From Catajapyx aquilonaris (Eukaryota): a stretch of 64,000 nucleotides of DNA. The DNA lies in contig JYFJ02000353.1 in NCBI GenBank assembly GCA_000934665.2, positions 1 through 64,000 of the forward strand, read 5' to 3'. The translations under genes were made by a program, and so were the position numbers. Below are positions 38,301-53,468 of the stretch, in pieces. Within the stretch, counting starts at the first letter, position 1. Each line of letters opens with the position of its first letter. Under the pieces are notes generated by a model that saw nothing but the letters and a program-made list of their open reading frames with translations, was not told where the DNA came from and did no database searches.

Positions 38301-41300
38301 AGTTCACGAACAACAAAATGTATCTAGCCTTACGTGACAAGACTTTTAATTGTTGGCTGATAGTGTCGACACTGTTGCCCAACTGAGTTGTTTGACTTCT
38401 GCTCCAGTATGTGTATGAATATGTGATAAGGCTTGTTAGGAAACGTGCCAACGGTTATTTCCAAGTGTGGGCGACGTCTGTGTGTGTGTGGACGCATGGT
38501 TTGTTGTCAGAGATCGATGTTGGTTTTTTGGGCGAAGAGTCCGCTGCCGGGGGGTTGCCCTGCATGGTATCGATTCCACGCAGGATCATAATAATAAACG
38601 CAGATGTGCGAAAAGGAAACCAGGAAAAAAGGGCCAGTAGGTATAAATGTGGACGAAAACTAGGCGTGTCTGACGAACCCACATTGTCATTAGTGTCACG
38701 CATGTGCCTGGGAAACCACTCAGCTGCACCTTCACTTTTAGCCACTTAAAAAAAATTAGAATCCTCATTATTTTGTAAGTAGTTTTGTGACACTGTACCG
38801 GTGGGCAATGACCTTCCGAACATACGCCAGGTTCGTTCATTAACACGTTTTTTTTGCGTTATCAAAGTACTAAAATATGAGACAGGTCGTTTGTGTTAAC
38901 GAGGCGTGAAATTCTGCATAGACTGGCAGGGGATGCTTTTGTTAGAACGATTGCGACACCGGTCTTATTAATATTAGACTGCATAATTTCATTTTATATT
39001 ACGTGGCGTGGGCGTGGCAAATAAGCGTGAAAGTCCTTTGTGGGGTGTGGTACATGACATTGGTACAGCCATGGTTGGTCCGGTTAATGACACTATAAAT
39101 TCACACGTACTCTTTTGTCTTGGGGAATATAGATATGAAAATATAAATATGAAAGTATAGCGTATATAAAAATAATACGGTGATATACATGGTGATTATG
39201 CGAATTCATGATTTAAACTTTCGGAGTGCGTTATCCCACAGAGCACTTGTCACAGTCCTTTTGTGAATAATTTATCTGAAAGCAGCTGTGCTCGAACCAC
39301 AAGCTTTACAAGCTTCCCTATAGGCGAGATTCAAGAGAGCGAATCGAATGTTATAACTTTTTCTCCCCCAAATTTTGGTTGGAGAATCAGCGATGATTTT
39401 CTCTCAAGTTGGAGATGCATCGAGCAGGAAAATCAAACGAACGGAGGAAAAATCAAGTTTGGAAAAACTTTCCGATAGTGTCCAATTATGATCGCTCCAT
39501 TTCAACTCATAAAAGGGAATAGATTACAGGCTATTGGATGGGGCTCAAAAAAAAAAGAAAGAGATGGAAAGTTAGTTTTCTTTTGTGTGGAACATTTTCT
39601 TGAATGTGGTGTGATCAAACGCGGCTTCTTTTATACGGGTGTTGAGAAATGAGTCTGCACAGGGTCCTTTTGTATGCGGAAAAATCGTTGCAGATTCAAC
39701 GTCAGGTGAGAACCACGCGCATTCTCGGAATAGGTGACCTGATTGCCTTGCAATATTATCTGGTATGCAAGCAAGCAGGCTTTTATCGGATTTCTTGCAA
39801 CGCCCCGGCTTATATAGGTGAAAGTTAGGAAATGCACGATGCTGCTTCAGGGGAGGACTGCACAATATAATACCGATAGTGGAGGAAGTGGCATAATACC
39901 AAAAATTTTCTGGGAAGGTCGGATGAAAGTTGAGCTATGCAGGAAGAGGTGACAAAGGTCACTGATAATAGCTCCTGACAGTTGGAACTGATTGAATGAT
40001 TATGGGCCAAATTGCGTAATTGCTTTTCAGTAAATGTGGCAGGATATACCGGACGAAACTTGGGACATTATATACTTTGTGGATAGTTCTCCGGAGCTTT
40101 AATGTACACGTGAAGCTGTGGGATTGCGGTATGGCACGGTGGCGATACTAAATAATTAAGCGACACTTGTGTACATTCCCACGGTAGATTTCACTGGTTT
40201 TATTCACACCTGAAGCTTTTAAACGGCTGGAACTGTTGAGCTTTATATAGAAAGGCAGTGTGACATGGTCGGGTAATGATAAGCCTGCAGTAATTTGCGG
40301 ATTTTGAAAGCGAAATGACAAATAGAGCGTGTCTATTTCCACTCCGGTCAAGGTCATAGACAATCCGGGGAATCGATGGAGCACGCACGTGTATCTATGC
40401 GAATATGAATTTATTTGAAGGAGAGAAAAATCTGTGCCATTTTAGGAATCTGTGCCCATTTCCTGCCTCTTCTTTTATAGACTGCATGGCTAGGCCATAG
40501 TTGCATTAGCAGCACGGTGTAGCCAGTCGAAAGGGGGCCAAGGACGTCAGGAAAAGGGGGCTAGATCGACGACGACGCCGTCGACGCCACTGACGCCATA
40601 GCCGACCTTTATCCAGTTTTCTCCCAAAATGTGTATAATGGATCGGCCACTCCAGGCGATGCTAGCCCTCCAGATAGATCTTACTATCAGCATCTCGAAA
40701 GGGCTCACTTGGGCCACAAAGAAGACTTTTGCACGGGTTTGCATTGATGGCAGTGTCCATTCAGAGTTTTAATAGAAGCCTAAATGAGCAGCCGCATTGC
40801 AGTGAACCTTTATATCTGTGTTACCTATAGGAACCAATAGGTCCGTGAATAATTCAGAATCCATGCACGGATATTCTTTATAAAGGACCATATATATACG
40901 TCGGACTGCATTTAATTGATGCGTGTTGCAGTACAGCCCCCTCCAATGTGGGCAGATATGAGGGGTCACAATGGAAGTGACCCCGAAGCCCCGCCTTGTA
41001 TAATGATAGGGTGAGGGTCACATGTCTCCTGGAGTGTCAGCCGGTAATTATTAAGCGTCATTCATCTTCGATTAGGCTTTTCCGCACTCTTGACCTGCGT
41101 TTCTCCCCAACACCTGAATGCTATGTTTTATGGTTATGCCAGCCAGGGGAAGGAGACGTCACGAATAACGTGACAAGTCTACCCCCGCTAGTCGGCACAA
41201 CTGGTCTGGACAGGTGCAAATGTCAAACGGTCCGGTTTCTGCACCCAGTTCTAAGTAGATATGCATTTTTTAAAAGCGCGACACGGAACAGGAGGAGTGT

Positions 41301-43753
41301 AATATACGGCCTTCAACACATGTAGAGCCAGAAAGCAATGAACTTGCGACTCCCTAATTTTCAGTAACTGTTCAGCCAAATTGTAGTCGTGAAAACGTGT
41401 GGAATTCTCCAGACAGTGAAATTTAAGGGGGTTGCCATCAGTGTACGAAAAAAAATATTGAAGTAGGTGAGGAGCAGGTGGGAATGGAGTAGACTCTCAC
41501 TATTGTTTGTGCCCCACACAAAGACCACGTTTGGTTTCCGGTCACCTGCTTCAACTAACAAGCGGACCTAGACCTGCTTCGATAGCCTGAAGTCTGTGTA
41601 CTATCAAGTACGATCGATGAACTATCGCAACTCGAGGCTATCAATTCAGCGAAACTTGACACCGCACCAGAGACGCGTCTATCATGATAAAGGTTATCCA
41701 AGTTCAGGATGTGTAATCATCAGGGCACACCCTGTAGTCGTATCTGCACTCAAATAGGTCCAAATACCGGCCTGTTGTTGGCAGGAGCGGAAGGAATAGG
41801 AAACAGGCGAGAAAGACTGTTCCTGTGAGATGGCAATCGGCGTAGTTATTTGCAAGTTGGGACAAGGAAGGCGTGCAAGGAAGAATAACCAAGCAGCCGA
41901 CGCTTCTCATCAAATTCCGCTCGCCTTTCCGGTTTACGAGCTTGTTTCTCTCGCTGCAAAAAAAAAAAAGTCTCCAATTCCAGGTGAAGAAGTCCGGTTG
42001 AAGGACTCGGCTGCAACAGGAGCTCCTATTTCCTTGAGAGAGCTTTTTGTGTTGCGTCCTGCAGGAGGTCGGATTACTTGTAAAACGGGCCCCATCTCGT
42101 GGGATACGTCCAGGAAATTGATAATGTGTAATACCGTGGCATTGAGTAAGGAGACCTTGGGGGAGCATCAATCAGCCTTTCATTACACCCACAACAATGA
42201 CAGTCATCTGTATATAGGGGGGGCTTGTATGCGATATGAAATCATTTTCGTTTACCGCAAACATTTTTGTTGTCGCTATTTTTAGTGGCGTGGCCTATTT
42301 TTCCGGTGTAGTGGAAATACCTGCATTGTTTAATTTAAGCGTTGTGTAGCCCACCCGGTGAGGCAAGACTCGATGGAGAGCCGATTATGTCACTGTTTAG
42401 TTGTCGGCACCAAGGTTCTTGTGGAAGGTCGCGCTCAGTGATGTCATCGCTGTAATAAACACTCGGTTGCACCTCACTGCTGATGTTTGGGGACATTGCA
42501 CTGGCCAACATACAGGGTGATGCAGTCCCAAAGAAATTAACAGATGTTGGTGTCCGCCCGCGCTTTTATTTCCGGACACCAACCCCGTGTACTAATTGCC
42601 CGGGACTCCACCCTTTGGAATGGGACAAGTCGGAACCAAACCGAATTTCTGGTGGCGACACGAGCGTTTCCGCGAACCGCGCTGAAATAGTGATAAGCGC
42701 GATTGTGGCCAGCCCTGAAGCAGATAGCACTTAAATCTTGATGAGGGCGGTATCGCGTAGGTTGATCATTTCCGGGTTGGCCTCGTCCCGTTTAGCTGCT
42801 ACATCCATTTGTCGCGGCGATTATTAAGCAGGATTCTCTCTACACGAACATATGGCTGATTTCTGGTTTCCGTTGGTTTACCCGCAAGGTGGATCGGTTT
42901 AGAGAATAAATCAGTCCGGGCTTGGGGGGGTTTGATTGTATTTGACGTTCAACTGGCTAGGGAGGATAGAAAACGTTTGCGGGGATCTTGGCAGGATTTG
43001 GGCTGTTGGGGTGGGGCCAACTATGTGTCCGGATGCTGCAGACAACACAGGGCCTTGGACTTGCGGCATGATTCCTGGTTCTACTTCAAACATCAACAAA
43101 TTGGCCTTCGTCGCATGGAACTCAATTTCATTGGTCATCCCGGAATGATGTACGGTCAGATGAGGTGTAATCAGGTGTAAACTGAAGGAGGAACCTGTTG
43201 GGCACTAATGCAGATGAAGGCGCGTGCCATCCCCTCTCGACCATAGTACTTGTCCCCCACTGGTCTGGACGCCATCAAAGCCAATCAGACGTGGCTAATT
43301 GAAACCGTCGGCCTTAATTAAGACGAGAATGGATCAATGAATGGCCCGACCTCTCTCCTCCACCCTTCCGATTTTCTCTCCCTAAATCTAATTGCCCTTT
43401 ACGACAGGCCAATTTGAAGGGGCTCCAGGGGACCATGTCGTGCTGCCTAGAGCTGTACTGTATATTAATGCAGCCTCCTGTCTGGGCATATAGACACTAA
43501 TCTAGCACATTCTCACCCGCCGATAACTGGAACAAATCTACGAAACGTGTAACGGGTGCGGAAGACATGTGGGTTTATTTCTGGAAGTTGGCCGCCTGCC
43601 TCGTGCGGATGTATTGCCCCCTAAAGCTAACACCACGTGTCAGGTATAGCCATTGGTATATAGTAACAAGCTTTGTCTTATTTCAGGTGTTGGGTATGGA
43701 GGAGGCTAGGGTGTTGCGGTGACGGCATGCGGAAGAGGCTGTAGAAGAGCAAG

Positions 43754-46700
43754 ATGGCGGATCTGAATCCACCAGGTCCGGCGGGGGCGGAAGTGGTGGT
43801 GACCATGGCGCCTCTTCCGCCGCTTGACCCAGCGACCCCGCCGCCTATGACCCCGACCAACCGGAACACCACCGATTTCCTCCGCTGTCACTACCTCGAT
43901 TACCACTACGACCTCGTTACTGCCGTCATCTGCGCCATGTATCTCGTCTTCGGAGTAGTCTACAGCCTCTTCGGTAAGACCTCAATGTTTCATGAAGATC
44001 GGGGCCCAAGTTCATGCACCACCAACGAAGCGGACCTAAATTATTTCATTCATACTCGATTAAAATATATATGGAGGACAAAGCCTTGGCTCGATTCGGT
44101 GCCTTTTTTTCTGCAGAGGAATTAAGTGTTGTTGCACGCCATCGGGTGCCGTACCCTATATAATGCGCGGGTTTATGAGGCGCACGTGCCAGATTAATTT
44201 TCTGGAACAAAATCCGCTCGTTCGCTTGACAGGGAACATGGCGTAAATGGATTAACCAGAGCGAAGCACTTATTTCACACTTGAAATGGAGCTGGAGATG
44301 CGCAGTGTGCCAGAAATGCCGTGAAATTGGCCCTAAATTGTTGGGAAGAGACAAAACCGTTATCTCGTGTACATGATGGGAAATTAAAGTAATGTGTCTA
44401 GGACTTGGAGTGTTTACGGATGTCGTTTAAGTTGGCGGATTCACCTCGGCCCCAAAGACAATAGTGTCTGAGTGAGGGCGGGCGGCCATTCCGACAAGGG
44501 AATAAAAGGGGGGGATGGAGGAGGAAAGGAAATCGGGGATGGGGGGGTAGGGGAAGGCCGCTTATTGATTGGCGGCCTTGCACCAGCAGCAGTAGCAGCA
44601 GCAGCATCCACATCCAGAAGGTTTGGGAGCCACGCCAAGACGTGGATGCAGCATCTGCACCAAGGTCCAACAACACCTAACATTGTCCCGAAGATGCCAC
44701 CGGAACAAAATGGCCGCCAAAGCTGGATGCATAAGACACTGTGGTGCTTTGTAAATAAATTTGACGGTGTGGGACTAGATTAGGCTGTAATTTCGGTGGA
44801 ACAAAATGGCGGGTGTGTCCATCAGTTGTTGTAGTTGGTACTTGAGGCAGCAGAGTAAATTCGTAGCGTAAACATGGACGCTTGATAGTGTCGAGTAACT
44901 GATGGTAATTTTGAGGAAGAGAATAATTAATCCGAGCCATAATTGGTGTCTTCTTTATTCCGGTTTCACTGAAGAGCTGCAATCCTCCGCCATATATATA
45001 CACACCCTCCCACAGCCAGCACCCCTTCCTCCCAGGCCCCGTATTGATTTGTATGGAGCTTCTAGCTTGGAAAATGGTGAGGTGAGGGGGCGGGGAGCTT
45101 GAGTTTGGTTGCGTTGAGTTTGGTGTGGTTGTGGAAAAGCCAGGAAGGAAGCACATGAAGGGTAGGAGTGGGGCAGGGTCTGCTGATGCTGGGGGATAAT
45201 GGCATGCCGCATCGACTTCCATATGGCAAACTGTATTGTTACGCCCTATCGCTCCAGGGGGGAGGGGGGGGGGGAACTGGTTCGAATGTCGAGGCAGACA
45301 TAAACATATGCCGGAACATGATTTGACGACTGCTGTCTGGGCTGGGTACATAAAATTATGGAAACTAGACTAGTTCAGCAGCGGTTTCGGATGAATAATG
45401 AAGGATGTACACAAGTTATCTGACAGGGGAGAAGTTAGGGGAGTTTTGAATTGATTTTTTTTTGGATGGGATTGGTCTGGTGCTTTTGGTACTTTGTCAT
45501 TGATCATGCGGTTACAGGAAAGTAGAAAGTTCAGGTTCAATTTTTTAGAGGTCATGCGGTGAGAAGAAAGTGGATTCGATGAAATGTGAAAATAATATTC
45601 TCCACCGCTATTAGAGAAATCGCAGGTGTATGGGATCTTTTCAATCATCCGAGGATTTTTTGCACAAAAAGTCGAAGATTAACCGCATGGACTGCCATGA
45701 ATCCTAAATCTCAATTAACGTCAGGTGGAAGTTACTAGGCTGTATAGTGTACTCCATCAAGAGAATACCGATTCGCTGGTGTCAGATGCTGTGCTTAATA
45801 TGTTTGCTATACGTACTGTATCAGTTAGTCATTCCAACCACTGACGTGTGTAAATGTCGCCCGACCATTTTTTAAAGCCACACGATGTAATGTATACTGC
45901 ATAATTTAACAAAGCAAAACGTTGCATTCCAGTATTTTTGTCCTGTATATACTGTACTTGTCTATTGCAGATAATTTGCTGCGCTATATATACAGGTCCA
46001 TAGGCTAGTAAAGCTTTGTTATATAGTTTTGTTTAAACCGGAAGCAGATGTTGTTTAAAATAGCCTGTGGATTTACCTGCAGGTTACGTGCAGTGGCTTT
46101 TGTGCAATTACCATGCGATTTTCAAGTTCGACTTTTGCGTAGGCTTGGAAAAGGGCTGCGCTCTGTTGGTTTGTGTAGCCATCCTTGGTTGGAGAAATCG
46201 CAACCTGAGCGCATCAGACGAACCTCGGCCTTGGCAGTGTGATCAAAATCATGACTAGGTGGGAGAATTCGCGGAAATTAACTTTGCAGGAGTACAGCGC
46301 AATTCGCTACTGTACAGTTTAAGTGCTTTAAATTATTTTGTACCACTGCTGAAGGTCGCTCTTGCCATACTGTATAAGAATAATGCGGAATTTTCACAAG
46401 CCATCTTCATTCACCTCGACCCCAAACCTGATGCGCATTGAACACAATTTTGTAATTGTAATACCCAAGAAATGACACCAATCACGCTCGTATCTCCTGG
46501 AAACTCAACATGGTACATAACCATGATTATTGTTGCGAAGGCGACACCCAGCAGTGTTTTCAAAGTTGATGTTATCTTTCGCAATTTTTTGGCGCATTTG
46601 CACATGTGCTACTACATTACGACTAGTTAGAAGACAAGTGGGATTACATAAAGATGTCTAGGTCACAGAGGAGGAAATGTGCGGTAAGGCGGAGAAGGCA

Positions 46701-49700
46701 GCGCATGACAATTTTGAGATTAAATTTCCTCGCAGTTGTTACGCTTACCACATGGGAAACCGATTTTTTTTTTCTACTACCGGTACCCATAAGTTACATA
46801 AGGGGGTGTATTTAAAGAAAAGTGAAGTTGAGAAAAAGTAGGATTGAATTTCTCCGACGCACTTCGCCGGAACCTGGCAACATGATCCGTTGGGTGCAAT
46901 TTGTTACCGGAGACGTAGAAAATCTCGGCGTCTCTCCACTCGATGTGAAGTGTGCGGCCGTTTCTCTCCTGCTTACCGTATAACTGTGTAATATACCACG
47001 TGATGAATGACACTCATGAATTTTCGGGCCTTCTCATTTCGACGAAGTACCGTCACTCACGATTTTTACTTGGTACCGTAATAATTTATAGGTTATAAAT
47101 GGCCGGAATTTTTCCTCTGTAGTACGGCATGTTTTTTTATTTTATTTAACAAACCTACGTGATATTGGTGGTGTCAGGTAATGTTGATTGTAATGTTGTG
47201 ATTGTTTTCCCGCGATGAATGACAGGTCATTTTTATACCCTTGAAACGTTAATTGAAATGAGATCCTTCCGGCATTAGCCAGGTGACATCAGAAGTGCGC
47301 GTCCATAGCTGCTGCCTCCCCCATGTAAATGAAACTCGGTTTTTTAATCCGCCCCGAGGCGAAATGGTGGCGTGGCATATGTAAATATAGCATATTGAAC
47401 TTTAGCGCAAGCGGCTTTATATGAGTCAAAGGCAAAAAGCAGCGGCTATTTCATGGCTCTCCAATATCAATATTGGCGTGGCCCTCCGATGCTGTGTGTA
47501 GTGTGCCCAAGGAGGGGTATATCGAGTGGAAAACGTTCGGAATCTGGATGAAAGTAGGAATTTTGGGTGATGCCAAAGGCAGAAGAGCTCATCCATTCAC
47601 ATGAGATGTGCCCCCCTCCCACATCCTACAAACCCATCTTGACAGATACGGATGGTAAAGGCTGGCTCTCCCTATCTTACCGGGCTTCAGTTCTGTCTTC
47701 TCCCGAAGAAAACGCTGATTTAAAGCAGAAGTGGAGCCATGGGGATTTTAATCAATACAGTTAGCTATGCCTCTGCTCCAGGGACGGTAACAAATGGCAG
47801 GTTTCGATCACAACTCTTGCTGTTGGAGGGGAAAAAATAGAATGAAAAAATATTGGAAATGACTGGGGGGGTTCTGGTTTTTCAAGTTCTTGCTCAGCGG
47901 TGCCATACTGGTGTATTGGCTGGGTGGTGATAAATTGTATACCAGATGTAATACCCCTCTTGGTAATACTGACTTGCTTATTACAAGTGTTATTTTTGTT
48001 GCAGGCTATCGTTGCTTCAAGGCCGTCATGTTCTTGACGGGGTTCATCTTTGGATCTTTCATCGTGTATCTCATTTGCTTAGAAGAAGACCTTCTACCCA
48101 CCTATGGAAATGCAGGTAATGGAAAATAACGACAATAATCGTAATAATTTAAATGAATGTGTCCAGGCTCGATCACCCTAAAGTAGCTGTAAGGACTCAA
48201 GAGTGAGTTGTTAAAGTCGTGGCATGACACATTAAGGTCTTACAGTGCAGGCCCGGAATATGTGTATAAAATCAATCTAAGCCAGAGTGAGCTTGTTAGA
48301 TTTCCCATACAGGCAGCATAGAGCTTCAATCCTGAAAGGGAGAAAGGGACCACTTAAAGGCTTAATAACGTGAAAAGGGAACCTTGATACTTCATTTGAT
48401 GTCTCCATCCCTACATCCTACCTCGCTTGGAAGTTCCTTGATAGCCTGTCTGACGACCTAAGCCATGAAACACTGAGCCCTTCAAAGGCCAAAAGTTTGC
48501 AAAAACATCACATGGCAGCAATCAAAGAACTCCACAACAGCCATAAACTTTCTCCCACCCCATTGCACCCTCCAGAGTGGTTAAAATACTGTACTTGTAT
48601 GGGCTCGTAAGTTGTAAGTTTTCGCAGGACTCTGTAACTTGTATAAAAACTTCAGTTACGATGTGCCAACCTATTGGCAAACTAGTGTTTGCAACTTTAT
48701 AGACACTTAGGATGTGATTATAGAGTATTGGCATGCTTTATGGGAGATAATTCACTTGCACTTACACTCAGCATATGACAGTCATGCAGGACATGTCCTT
48801 GATAATACTGAAGCTCTGTTTTACTGCATATCATTGCTATGATTGTGCAACTTTGTAGTTTAGGTGTTCATACTTAAATAATCAGCATGAAGAAGAAGCT
48901 TGTAGTGTGCTAGTGACAGTTCTGATTGTGGTTTCCTTTCCAGGCGTGGCCCTTGGAGCTGGCTTCATGTTTGGACTGATCACAATGCTGGTCCAGTATG
49001 TGGGCCTGTTCATGACTGGACTGCACACAGGCCTCCTAGGTGGTGTGGTGGGTTTGGCTGTGGGCCAGCAGCTTGACTGGCAGCCCAACATGTGGATAGT
49101 TGTAGGGGTATTGCTGGGGGCAGGTCTGCTGATGGCTGTGCTCAACCTGTGGTGCCAGAAGGGGCTGACCATCCTGGGGACTGCGGTCTATGGAGGGGCC
49201 ATTCTGGCTGCTGCTCTGGACTACTTTGTAGAACGTTTCCTCATGGTCAACTGGCTGTGGGACCGGGTGCGTCTGCATCCCTCCCCACAGCCCTGTTGGT
49301 TCTCGTGGCTCCTGCTGGCTCTCTGGCCGTTTGTAGTCTTCGTTGGATGCCTCACGCAGGCTTGCCTCACTGGAAGGGGCATACACCACCATCAGAGTAT
49401 GTCCTGCTGTTTGATGTTACAAAGCACTTTTTGTGTTGGTACAGGTGTCTGTCTCAGGCACATGCCAGAGAAGGTGTGAAAAAAAGTAGTGAAACCTGTC
49501 TTGAGTGGTATGACTGCTGTTACATGAAGCAAAAAAATTCCAAAACATCTGCTGTGTCAAAACATGAATATTGGACCAGTTTCCATTGTATTCAATGTCT
49601 GCTATGAATAGGATTCACTGTAGTTAAAATGTTGTTTTCAGAATATTAGCTATTAGGTGCAAGTAGAAGCTGTCATGCAAGTAAATGCCAAGTATTGCAA

Positions 49701-52700
49701 ATCGTACAGTGAGAGAATGAAAATGTAATTGTGTGCCATTGTAAAAGATTTTGTGAGTATGTAACAATCTTTCCTCAACATTGCTATATTTAGTTTCTGA
49801 GAGTGGATGGTTGCAGTAAAGTTTATTGCAGTATTGCTCGAGATGCAGTTGTACCGTCCAAGTCATAAGCAACTGCTAGACCTCGTACTGCATATGGTAT
49901 AATTATTAATATTGTCACTACTGTAATTGTAGCCACAGCCTAAAAGGTAACACTCTTCTCTTGTTGGGGTGAACTACTGTAATTATTGAATTTAAGTGTG
50001 TTAATTCAAGTGAAAGGTTGCTAAGACACATGATATTGGGTTGCAACTACAGCACTAGAAAAATCGAACTTATCATCAGTCAGGAACCTAGAGAAACATG
50101 CAAGAATGACGTTTAAAAAATGCTGATTGGAATACAAATACCTAATTTTCATATTGTGTCAATATTGAGGCCCTAAGTGATAAGCCTGGAGACACCATTT
50201 TGGAGTCATGCTCATGCTTTCTCTTGTTTTGTATTATTTGACACAGTGTAAACTTGTCCATTGCATACACACAGGTTTCACTCTACATGTTCAATACCCT
50301 GTAAACTGCAAAACATTAAACGAGCATATTACTGGCGAGTCTCTCATGGAACATAAATTTTTAATGCTCTTCTAATGCTCTGCTAATGCTCTTGTGATGC
50401 TTTTTAGCAACAAAAAAGCATCACAGGAGCATCATAAGAGCATTAGAAGAGCATTAAAAATTTATGTTCCATGAGAGACTCACCAGTGATGCTCTTTTAA
50501 TGTTTTGAGGTTTACAGTGTATGTCCTCTACAGTTTCACGATATTTATGACTGATTGTATTTTTTATTCCTTTGCCTGACCTGACACCTTTGCAAACACA
50601 GTGGTTCCATCGAAGAAGAGTCGCCAGGTGAATCTTCAGCGAGTGAGGACGAGGGAGCAGAGGGCAGAGGCAAGACAAAAGAAGTACCGCTACCTGTACC
50701 AGGTTCGGACCGTGCATGGTGACGTCATCAGCCAGGTGAATATGCCTCTCTCGGATAAGTTCGTTAGGAACTAAAGAGCGAGGGCATGAGAGAGAGAGGG
50801 AGAGAGAGACACTTGTAAGGAAAGGGGTGACCTCCCCCTCAGAAAAGAGGGAGATGAGAGAGATTGGGAGGGAGCGAAAGAGAGAGAGAAAGAGCAGAAA
50901 ATATCTGCACAAAAAAAAAGTGTGTCCTGCCCCATATGCCTGCCCTCCCCACAACTTTCGTCTCTTATTGGCTCCATCACTCTTACATCCATTCAAAAAG
51001 AAAGAAAAAATGAGATCTGTAAGTTGCCCGCACATGTGTGTCTGGATTCGAATCGCCTTCGCCCTCGCCTCCGCCTTTATTCCACCCATCAGGTAGGGCT
51101 TTGGGTTTCATGCCTCTCCTCGCTCGCCTCCATTTATTACTTTCTTATTTCACATTGCTTGCTGCCATTTGCAGTGGTGTGGGCTTTTTTAGTAAGGCAG
51201 CTTGCTCGTTGCATTCAATTTGCTTGTTAACTATTTATTTCAAATATATTTGTATCAGACAGTGTGGAACTGCTGACTGAGCAGATAACTGCTTTTCTGA
51301 AATGTTAGTTTTACTTGTGCATCAGCGAAAGAGCTGATCTTGGAAAGTGCAAAATTGAAAATCCTTTTAATTGAATTTTGAAGTACATGATATCACCTAT
51401 CCTGATAAGGAAAGCAGCTTACATGTACAAGAAAAGATAGTAGTGTTGCATATATAACTGTAAGCTGTACAGTTGTAGTAGATTGTGGTATTTTATATGC
51501 AGTATGAGTATGAAAGACATTGACTATTATTGTGGCATGTACGTATCAAGCCAACAACTGCATGCTTGTTGTTCTGTTTATTTGTTGCACTGAGGATGGT
51601 TGCTATCATTCAGACTGATCCTTTGGGACAAGACTCAGAAGGCACAGAAATCTTTTCCTGCACCAGTATATTATTTTACATCACTGCCCCATCGTTTGAT
51701 TTCAGTGCAGTTCATGGCTTTTTAAGGAATTGTGGGACCTTAATGCTTATATCACAGCTTACATCATTTGAAGGGCAGCTGACTTTCCACAAGCTTGGGA
51801 TCCATATGAAATGTTCTAAATTATGGTAATAATAGTACGAGCCCTTATAAGGATAGAAATGTGATTAAAACTCAAATTTAATTCGCTGTCAAGTATTCAT
51901 TGTGAAAATTGTGGCTGTAAAATTGCAGTCATCATCATCATTGCAGTGACAGTGTATAATTTTAATTTTTCTGCATATAGATAAATATTTTGTGGATAAA
52001 AAATTACACTTGCAATATATCTAACACATGGGCAGTAAGCAGCTGGGAATAATCAGCATGAATGGCTTGACTGTATGAACCTCTCTGGTCTTTCTGCCCT
52101 CTGTTGCTTACTTGTCCTTTTGATCCTGCTGTTATGCAACAAATTTATATTGAAGGTTGTGTTCACTACTACAACTAAATTAGAGTACACTACAATAATT
52201 GGCTGTTCTGTGCTATGTCCATATATCTACTACTTTTTTCTTCACACCCTCTTGTCAGGTTGCATGTCCTGAATGAATGCTCAGTATGATGCGAATCTCT
52301 GCATGTGACAAACCAGTGTGGGCATATGTTTGGATGCAAGAGAGATGACAAAATAGTTTAATACGTTCAAGTACTTGCATGAGCATGTTTGCATAGCTGA
52401 TGAGGAACTCCCTTTCCTCCTCAAGTATGTGTGTGTGTACATGCCCATTTTTTTTGGCTACCCTGTTATTTTTTTTGAAATGAAATTCTGGCCAAGTATT
52501 GTGCTGGTGTCCTTGTTCTGATGTAAGTGCACACTGCCATAGAACTACATCCAGGCGCTGCAGAGGAAGGTGTGCCCAGGTGAGATGTCAACACTCCAGT
52601 CGGATTCCACCTACGTGACCACCCTTCCACCTGACCAAACCCAGTTGGGGGCTCTCACGGAGTCAGAAGACGAACTAGCCTCTTCTTCTTCCCCAACAAC

Positions 52701-52788
52701 TACCGTGGCCCTTGGTGATGCCATCCAGTTGGACCGCAGGATGGGCGGGATGGGAGGGAGTTATGGAGGAGGCTCTTCGCAGCGATAG
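43754..52788 (+). CDS. TMEM198: Transmembrane protein 198, 387 aa
   Basis: Exons 43754-43973, 48005-48115, 48944-49396, 50602-50735, 52543-52788; 1164 nt in frame, all GT-AG. Signature FGYRCFKAVMFLTGF, GLITMLVQYVGLFMTG, ALDYFVE, CWFSW, YRYLYQVRT.HGDVISQNYI. Confidence 0.93.
50297..50519. mobile_element. Fully palindromic (foldback) MITE in TMEM198 intron 3
   Basis: TA|CCCTGTAAAC ... GTTTACAGTG|TA. The two ~110-bp halves are near-perfect reverse complements with internal TAATGCTC sub-repeats. Confidence 0.85.
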
Positions 52789-53468
52789 TGATTTCTTTTC
52801 GTTTGGGAAGAGAGGGTTGTTGTGCTTTTAGTGGCTAATGTAGACCATTTCTCCCAGCTGGCAGCTAGCACTGTGATAGTGACACATTACCCATGTGTAG
52901 TGCTGGTAGGCGTTTCTCATGAGATAATCTTTTCCTCGTAATTTACAGCCCTGTAAGGTGTGATAATATCATGTCCTGCCAATTCAGTGCTGTCGTACAC
53001 TAATATTTCCCAGGCTGCTTGAGCATTGTGTGATATTAAGAACTTTTCATCATTAGTTCCAGAAGATGTCTGGGATCTAGAAAGATATTACACTTTGACA
53101 CTTACGTGAGTGTTTAGTCAGATGAAAATGTCAACCTCGTGTACCTTTTCAATAATTTTAAATGTATAACTACAATCATACTAATGATATTACTGCATCT
53201 AATGCAGCAGGATGAGGGACAGATTTTCTGATGGCTGACATGCCAGGTTCTAAAGGATTCATACCTGCCATGTAAATTGTCACTGCCTAATGGTGTTTCT
53301 GGAAATGGTTATCATTGGAAGCGAAACACTAGTGTCATCATTAATGTGAAGTCCTGAAATGCAAAACGATCAGTCATGTTGGAGTGATTTTCAGATATAT
53401 GAGGGTTTCAAGTTTGAAAATTGCATTACCCTTTATGGGAATAATTTTACTGAAACATTTCTCTAGGG

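Noticed and set aside
50636..51131. Pairing between TMEM198 exon 4 and a downstream CT-rich intron tract (editing-complementary sequence)
   Set aside because: Only ~15 imperfect bp between low-complexity GA-rich and CT-rich sequence, which is expected by chance.
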